From Candidatus Saganbacteria bacterium (GTDB lineage Bacteria; Margulisbacteria; WOR-1; JAKLHX01), in assembly GCA_026387835.1 (NCBI GenBank), contig JAPLKZ010000005.1, positions 120,001 to 152,000 on the forward strand: a stretch of 32,000 bases of DNA. Reading direction: 5' to 3'. The translations under genes were made by a program, and so were the position numbers. The notes beneath the pieces were generated by a model that had not been told where the DNA came from, searched no databases, and saw only the letters and a program-made list of their open reading frames with translations. Shown here piece after piece: positions 26,908 through 32,000 of the stretch; the stretch's first letter is position 1, and the number at the start of each line of letters is the position of its first letter.

Positions 26908-27752
26908 CAGAGAAGAACCGCTGCAAAAAATATAAGAAATGCCCTTATGACATCAAAAAAGATCAATACGGATAAAGTTTTCCATCCGAAGTGTTTTTTG
27001 AAATAATGGTTCCTGCTCCTTGTCCAGTGTTTCCCCAGTTTCAGCGGTCCCCATTTCTTTATCGAGCTGCCGCCATGGTGGACTATCTGAGCAGTCGGAG
27101 TGAAAAATATCTTCCACCCTGCCTTTTTTATCCGTGTACACAGGTCCACCTCATCAAAGAACATGAAACTTTCCTCATCGAACAGGCCGACCTTGTCCAG
27201 AACGTCTTTTCTTAACATGATAGCCGCGCCCATCGGCTGGTCAATTTCCATGACCATGTCGTGTTTGAAACCCGCCATGAGATATTTACTTGAGTACGGG
27301 TTGCCGGGCCATATCTGTTCGATAAAAATAAGCCTCATTATCATGGCGCCGAGGGTAGGGAAGGAGAGCACGGACCTTTGAAGGGAAAGATCGGGATTTA
27401 ATAATTTAGGCGCAACAGCGGCAGCGTCCGGATGGCCGTTAAAAAAAGCTATAAGTTTGTCCAAAGCACCCGGCAATACTTCCGTGTCGGGATTTAGCAA
27501 CAGAATGTATTTACCTTTACTTTGTTTGATGCATTGATTGTTGGCAGTCGAAAAACCGAGATTATTGTTATTTATTATCAAATTGACCCTGGGATACGAA
27601 GCCCTTACCATTTCGACCGAACCATCGGAAGAATTATTGTCCGTTACGATGACTTCAAAATCGCAGGCGGGAGGATTAGTATATATTGAATCGAGGCACT
27701 TTTTCAAAAACTCTCTGACATTCCAGCCTACTATACAGATGGAGAGGTCCAT
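26841..27752 (-). CDS. Family 2 glycosyltransferase (rhamnosyltransferase-like) with C-terminal TM segment
   Basis: 303 aa, SICIVGWNVREFLKKCLDSI, VTDNNSSDGSVEMV, LGFSTANNQ, LLLNPDTEV, DEVDLCTRIKKAGWKI. Confidence 0.9.
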   Translation of the reverse strand: MDLSICIVGWNVREFLKKCLDSIYTNPPACDFEVIVTDNNSSDGSVEMVRASYPRVNLIINNNNLGFSTANNQCIKQSKGKYILLLNPDTEVLPGALDKLIAFFNGHPDAAAVAPKLLNPDLSLQRSVLSFPTLGAMIMRLIFIEQIWPGNPYSSKYLMAGFKHDMVMEIDQPMGAAIMLRKDVLDKVGLFDEESFMFFDEVDLCTRIKKAGWKIFFTPTAQIVHHGGSSIKKWGPLKLGKHWTRSRNHYFKKHFGWKTLSVLIFFDVIRAFLIFFAAVLLCYIGMNIFRYFIGFIIITPRAS

Positions 27753-27782
27753 ATATAGAATTATAGACTAAAAAATATGGGA

Positions 27783-29852
27783 TTATTTCCCTGCAGCTTT
27801 CAGTATGTCCGGATCGTTCTGCAGCGACACATCCGCAAACCTTAATGCCAGCCCACTTTGTTTAACGGCAGCCAAGACGACCTCTTTATCTTTTTTTAAG
27901 GACCCGTCAGCATATTCTAATGCCCACCCGTTTTGTTTGACCGCAGCCAAGACGATCTCTTTATCTTTTTTCAGGGACCCGTCAGCAAATTTTAATGCCC
28001 ACCCGTTTTGTTTGACCGCAGCCAAGACGACCTCTTTATCTTTCTTTAAAGATCCGTCAGCATATTCCAGTGTGTCCCAATTATTATTAACCGCAGCCAA
28101 AACGATCTCCTTATCTTTTTTCATAAACTCGTCAGCATATTTCAATGCCTCCCCATCTTGTTTAACCGCAGCCGAAACGACCTCTTTATCTTTACATAAA
28201 GCCTTGTCAGCAAACTCTAGTGAATTTCCCTTTTGTTTAACCGCAGCCAAAACGATGTCTTTATCTTTTTTTAAAGATCCGTCAGCATAATATAGTGCCC
28301 AACCATTTTGTCTGACCGCGGCCAAAACAAAATCTTTATTTTTTTTCAATGATCCGTCCGCAAATTTTATTGCCTGCCAGCTTTGTTTGACCGCAGCTAA
28401 AAACGACCTCTTTTGTTCAGCCGCAGCCGAAACAATATCCTTGTCTTTTTTCAATGACTCATCAGCAAATAATAATGCTTCCATATCTTGTCTAACGGCA
28501 GCCAAGACGACCCCTTTATCTTGTTTTAAAGATTCGGCCGCAAATTCTAATGCCAGCCCATTTTGCTTAACGGCAGCTAAGACAACCTCTCTATCAATTT
28601 TTAAAGACTCGTCGGCTTTTTGTAAGATACACCCACTTTGTTTAACGGCAGCCAAGACGACCCTTTTATCTTTTTTAAAAGACTCATCAACAAAAATTAA
28701 TGCCGAACCCTCTTGTTTAACGGCAGCCAAAACAAACTCCCTATTTTGTTTTAATGACCAATCAGCGCACTTTAATGCCCACCCATTTTGTTTAACGGCG
28801 AGCAGAACAAACACCTTATCTTTTTTTAAGGACTCGTCAGCATAATCTAATGCCCACCCGTGTTGTTTGACCGCGGCCAAAACGACCTCTTTATCTTTCC
28901 TTAAATACAAGTCAGCAAACTCTAATGCCAGCCCGGCTTGTTTAACTGCAGCCAAAACAATATCCTTGTCTTTTTTCAAAGACTCGTCAGCATATATTAA
29001 TGCCAGGCCATCTTGTTTAACCGCAGCCAAAACGACCTCTTTGTCTTTCCTCAATGACTTGCTGCAGCATTCTAAAATATGAATATTTTGTTTGCTTGCA
29101 GCCAAGACGACCTCTTTATCTGTTTTTAAAGAATCGTCAGCGAACCTTAATACCCACCCATTTTGTTTAACCGCAGCCAAAACGACTTCTTTGTCTTTAC
29201 ACAAAGCATTATCAGCAAACTCTAATGCATCCCCATTTTCTTTAACAGCAGCCAAAACAAACTTTTTATCTTTCTTTAATGATTCGTCAGCATACTTTAA
29301 TGCCTTTCCATCTTGTTTGACCGCAGCCAAAACGACCTCTTTATCTTTTGTCAAAGACTTGTCCGCAATCATTAACGCCAGCCAGGTTTGCTTAACCGCG
29401 GCCAAAACAATCTCTTTATCTTTATTTAAAAATCCGTCTGTTATTAGAAAAGATGTTGAACCATTCTTAATTGCAGCTAATGCGAGCTCTCTTTTTCTTG
29501 TAGAAACAAAACCTTCTACTTCTATCTGCAGGCTGATGTTGCTCTGTTGTTCAGGGGTTAATGCAGTGTTTAGTTGAGGTCTCAGCGCGTTTATATTCCC
29601 ATCCAGATCGCCATCTGATTTATCTAATGTCCGAAGTTTTAAATACAGTTTCTGGATGACATCAAAAGAAGAAGTCTTGCCCTCGTTGAATTGTACCGAC
29701 GTATCGATCTGTTTATTTGCGGCCTCATCCAGTTCTTCGCGGGTTATGTTCCCGTCAATTATCCCGTCCCTTATCGAATCGATCTTTCTCAACCTTTCAT
29801 AAATATGCTGGATGTTATCGGCGCCGGTCAAAGTTACTTTTTCCATTTTCAA
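27783..29852 (-). CDS. DUF4116-like solenoid repeat protein 1 (689 aa, about 22-23 repeats)
   Basis: N-terminal conserved domain (MEKVTLTGADNIQHIYERLRKIDSIRDGIIDGNITREEL...) followed by tandem 25-aa units of (A)DxSLKKDKEVVLAAVKQNGWALxF, ending DPDILKAAGK. Confidence 0.82.
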   Translation of the reverse strand: MKMEKVTLTGADNIQHIYERLRKIDSIRDGIIDGNITREELDEAANKQIDTSVQFNEGKTSSFDVIQKLYLKLRTLDKSDGDLDGNINALRPQLNTALTPEQQSNISLQIEVEGFVSTRKRELALAAIKNGSTSFLITDGFLNKDKEIVLAAVKQTWLALMIADKSLTKDKEVVLAAVKQDGKALKYADESLKKDKKFVLAAVKENGDALEFADNALCKDKEVVLAAVKQNGWVLRFADDSLKTDKEVVLAASKQNIHILECCSKSLRKDKEVVLAAVKQDGLALIYADESLKKDKDIVLAAVKQAGLALEFADLYLRKDKEVVLAAVKQHGWALDYADESLKKDKVFVLLAVKQNGWALKCADWSLKQNREFVLAAVKQEGSALIFVDESFKKDKRVVLAAVKQSGCILQKADESLKIDREVVLAAVKQNGLALEFAAESLKQDKGVVLAAVRQDMEALLFADESLKKDKDIVSAAAEQKRSFLAAVKQSWQAIKFADGSLKKNKDFVLAAVRQNGWALYYADGSLKKDKDIVLAAVKQKGNSLEFADKALCKDKEVVSAAVKQDGEALKYADEFMKKDKEIVLAAVNNNWDTLEYADGSLKKDKEVVLAAVKQNGWALKFADGSLKKDKEIVLAAVKQNGWALEYADGSLKKDKEVVLAAVKQSGLALRFADVSLQNDPDILKAAGK

Positions 29853-29917
29853 CCCTCCTTCTCTGTGGCATATTTAAAACCCAAATTTCTTTATTAAATA
29901 GCAGCCAGATCAAGTTA

Positions 29918-30703
29918 TTATTTCCCCGCAGCTTTCAGTATGTCAGGATCTTTCTGCAGCGATGCATCCGCGTAATTTAATGCCCACTCATGCTGTTTGA
30001 CCGCGGCCAAAACAACCTCTTTATCTTTCTTTAAAGAGTCATCAGCAAAATATAATGCCCACCCGTTTTGTTTAACAGCGGCCAAAACAATATTTTTATC
30101 TTTCTTTAAAGATTCGTCGGCATATACTAATGCAAGCCCGTTTTCTTTGACCGCGGCCAAAACGATCTCCCTGTCTTTTTTGAAGAGTTCGCCGGCATAT
30201 TGCAATCCATTCCCGTATTGTTTAACCGCGGCTAAAACGCTCGCTCTATCTTTCTTTGAAGCCGTATCCGCAGATGGTTTTGCCGCCCGCTCATCTTTTT
30301 TGACCGCAGCCGGAACGGCCTCTTTGTCTTTCTTTGGAGCTTCTTCCTTTTTTCCGGTAAGATCAGAAGCTTCTAATTCTAATTGCAGGCTGAACTTGCG
30401 CTGTTGTTCAGGGGTCAAAGGAAAGTTGAGGCGGAACCTTAGATCTTTGATATTGCCGTCCAGTTTGCCATCCTCTTTGTCCATAGTCTGAAGTTTCAAA
30501 TAGAGTTTTTGAATAACCTCAAAAGACGTAGTTTTGCTTTCATTGAATTGCACGGACGTATCGACTTGTTTCTTTGCAGCCAGGTCCAGTTCCTCCCGGG
30601 TTATATTGCCGTCTATTTTCCCGTCCTTTATCGAATCTATCTTCCTCAGCCTCGCATAAACGCTCTCGATATTTACGGTCCCGGTCAATGTTACTTTTTC
30701 CAT
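29918..30703 (-). CDS. DUF4116-like solenoid repeat protein 2 (261 aa, short form with degenerate first units)
   Basis: Same N-terminal domain, five units (two degenerate: KKDKEAVPAAVKKDERAAKPSADTA, KKDRASVLAAVKQYGNGLQYAGELF), same C-terminal cap DPDILKAAGK. Confidence 0.8.
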   Translation of the reverse strand: MEKVTLTGTVNIESVYARLRKIDSIKDGKIDGNITREELDLAAKKQVDTSVQFNESKTTSFEVIQKLYLKLQTMDKEDGKLDGNIKDLRFRLNFPLTPEQQRKFSLQLELEASDLTGKKEEAPKKDKEAVPAAVKKDERAAKPSADTASKKDRASVLAAVKQYGNGLQYAGELFKKDREIVLAAVKENGLALVYADESLKKDKNIVLAAVKQNGWALYFADDSLKKDKEVVLAAVKQHEWALNYADASLQKDPDILKAAGK

Positions 30704-30754
30704 GTTATCCTTCCTTTCTTTTTAAGATAAATATAAATCCTTCATATACTTAGT

Positions 30755-31939
30755 TCAATGCCTGCCTATTTGTTCGGCTGCAGCAGAAATAACATCTTTA
30801 TCATTTTTCAAAGACTCGTCCGCAAATTCTAATGCCCGCCCATTTTGCTTAACCACGGCCAAGATAAACGCTTTATCTTTCTTTAAAGATTCATGGGCAA
30901 AATTTAACGCCCACACATCCTGTTTGATCGCCGCCAGAACAATTTCCTTGTCTTCTTTTAAAGACCCATCTGCATATGCCAATGACCGCCCGTTATGTTT
31001 GACCGCTGCCAGAACAACATCCCTGTCTTTTTTTAAAGAGTTGTCAGCAAAGTCTAATGCCCACACATCTTGTCCGATCACAGCCAGAACAAACTCCTTA
31101 TCTTTCTTTAAAGACTTGTCCGCAAACTCTAATGCCCGCCAGTCTAGTTTAGCCGCAGCCAGAACAAACGCTTTATCTTTTTTCAAAGACCCGTCCGCAA
31201 ACTCTAATGCCCGCCCATTTTGCTTAACCACAACCAAGACAAACGCTTTATCTTTTTTCAAAGACCCGTCCGCAAACTCTAATGTCCGCCCATTTTGCTT
31301 AACCGCAGCCAAGACAAACGCTTTATCTTTTTTTAAAGATTCGTCTGCAAATTCCAGTGTCTGGACATCTTGATTAGCCGCAGCCAAAACAACCTTTTTA
31401 TCTTTCTTTAAAGACTCGTCTGCATACATAAATGTCCGCCAATTTTGCTTGACCGCCGCCAAAACAATCTCTTTATCTTTATTTAAAGATCTATCAGTTA
31501 TCAGGAAAGATGTTGAGCCATTCTTAATTGCCGCTAATGCGAGCTCTCTTTGTTTTGTGGAAACAAAAGCTCCCACTTCTAACTGTAGGCTGACTTTACT
31601 TTGTTGTTCAGGAGTTAATGCGGTAACCATGTTAGGTCTCAGCACGTTTATATTGCCATCCAAGTCACCATCCGCTTTATCTAATGCCTGAAGTTTCAAA
31701 TATAGTTTTTGAATAACATCAAAAGACGAAGTTTTGCCCTCGTTGAATTGCACTGACGTATCGATCTGTTTATCTGTGGCCTCGTCCAGCTCCTCGCGTT
31801 CTATATTTCCGTCAATTATTCCGTCCCTTATCGAATCGATCTTTCTCAACCTTTCATAAATATGCTGGATATTATCGGCGCCGGTCAATGTCGCTTTTTC
31901 CATATTAGCCTTCCTTTCTTTATAGAGAACTTTGATCAT
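30755..31939 (-). CDS. DUF4116-like solenoid repeat protein 3 (about 11 repeats, C-terminus lost); likely true start at 31903
   Basis: N-terminal domain MEKATLTGADNIQHIYERLRKIDSIRDGIIDGNIEREEL, 25-aa repeats, ends ISAAAEQIGRH* instead of the DPDILKAAGK cap. Confidence 0.78.
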   Translation of the reverse strand: MIKVLYKERKANMEKATLTGADNIQHIYERLRKIDSIRDGIIDGNIEREELDEATDKQIDTSVQFNEGKTSSFDVIQKLYLKLQALDKADGDLDGNINVLRPNMVTALTPEQQSKVSLQLEVGAFVSTKQRELALAAIKNGSTSFLITDRSLNKDKEIVLAAVKQNWRTFMYADESLKKDKKVVLAAANQDVQTLEFADESLKKDKAFVLAAVKQNGRTLEFADGSLKKDKAFVLVVVKQNGRALEFADGSLKKDKAFVLAAAKLDWRALEFADKSLKKDKEFVLAVIGQDVWALDFADNSLKKDRDVVLAAVKHNGRSLAYADGSLKEDKEIVLAAIKQDVWALNFAHESLKKDKAFILAVVKQNGRALEFADESLKNDKDVISAAAEQIGRH

Positions 31940-32000
31940 TTAGCCTCTTTTGGCCTCAACTATGTATCGACAGAATATTTGAAAAATTTCACACTTTATT

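Noticed and set aside
27805-29577. Long plus-strand ORFs of form MTAAKTTSLSFFKDSSANSNA (27805..28290, 28387..28845, 29092..29577)
   Set aside because: Antisense reading of the 75-nt DUF4116-like repeats. They are open only because the repeat unit lacks stops in that frame.
30924-31373. Plus-strand 149-aa ORF
   Set aside because: Same antisense repeat artefact over the third DUF4116-like gene.
27783-31940. CRISPR or other RNA-repeat array suggested by the dense short periodicity
   Set aside because: The period is a constant 75 nt with no alternating identical-repeat/unique-spacer structure, and it translates to a clean 25-aa protein repeat.

Overview
The window looks like a bacterial chromosome segment, probably from an uncultured Gram-negative lineage. 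It starts with the 3' end of a Mbh-like group 4 [NiFe]-hydrogenase operon (large-subunit tail, NuoH-like and ferredoxin subunits), followed by a convergent citrate synthase and an AI-2E-type permease. From about 4.2 to 15.6 kb there is a tandemly duplicated two-gene cassette: a giant modular secreted protein followed by a PorV/UPF0164-like outer-membrane protein fused to LysM. The two giant proteins share a C-terminus (InlB-B-like repeats, Fn3-like modules, FlgD/T9SS-like 'YPNP' end domain) but have different N-terminal modules: glycine-rich plus BspA-type repeats in copy 1, and a seven-repeat YVTN propeller in copy 2. Copy 2 also carries a segment that strongly resembles the eukaryotic F-box-associated (FBA) glycan-binding domain. 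Copy 1 is disrupted. A 103-nt net deletion inside an exact 222-nt repeat lattice changes the frame, and its glycine-rich domain appears split by a new signal peptide. A tRNA-Gly(GCC) and a housekeeping block follow: tig, clpP, lon, ileS, ahcY, a small membrane protein, lspA, lgt. The right end holds a GT2 glycosyltransferase and three adjacent paralogs made of 25-aa DUF4116-like repeats behind a shared N-terminal domain with EF-hand-like acidic loops. No CRISPR array, rRNA or transposase was seen. All family names come from motif recognition by eye; no database search was run.
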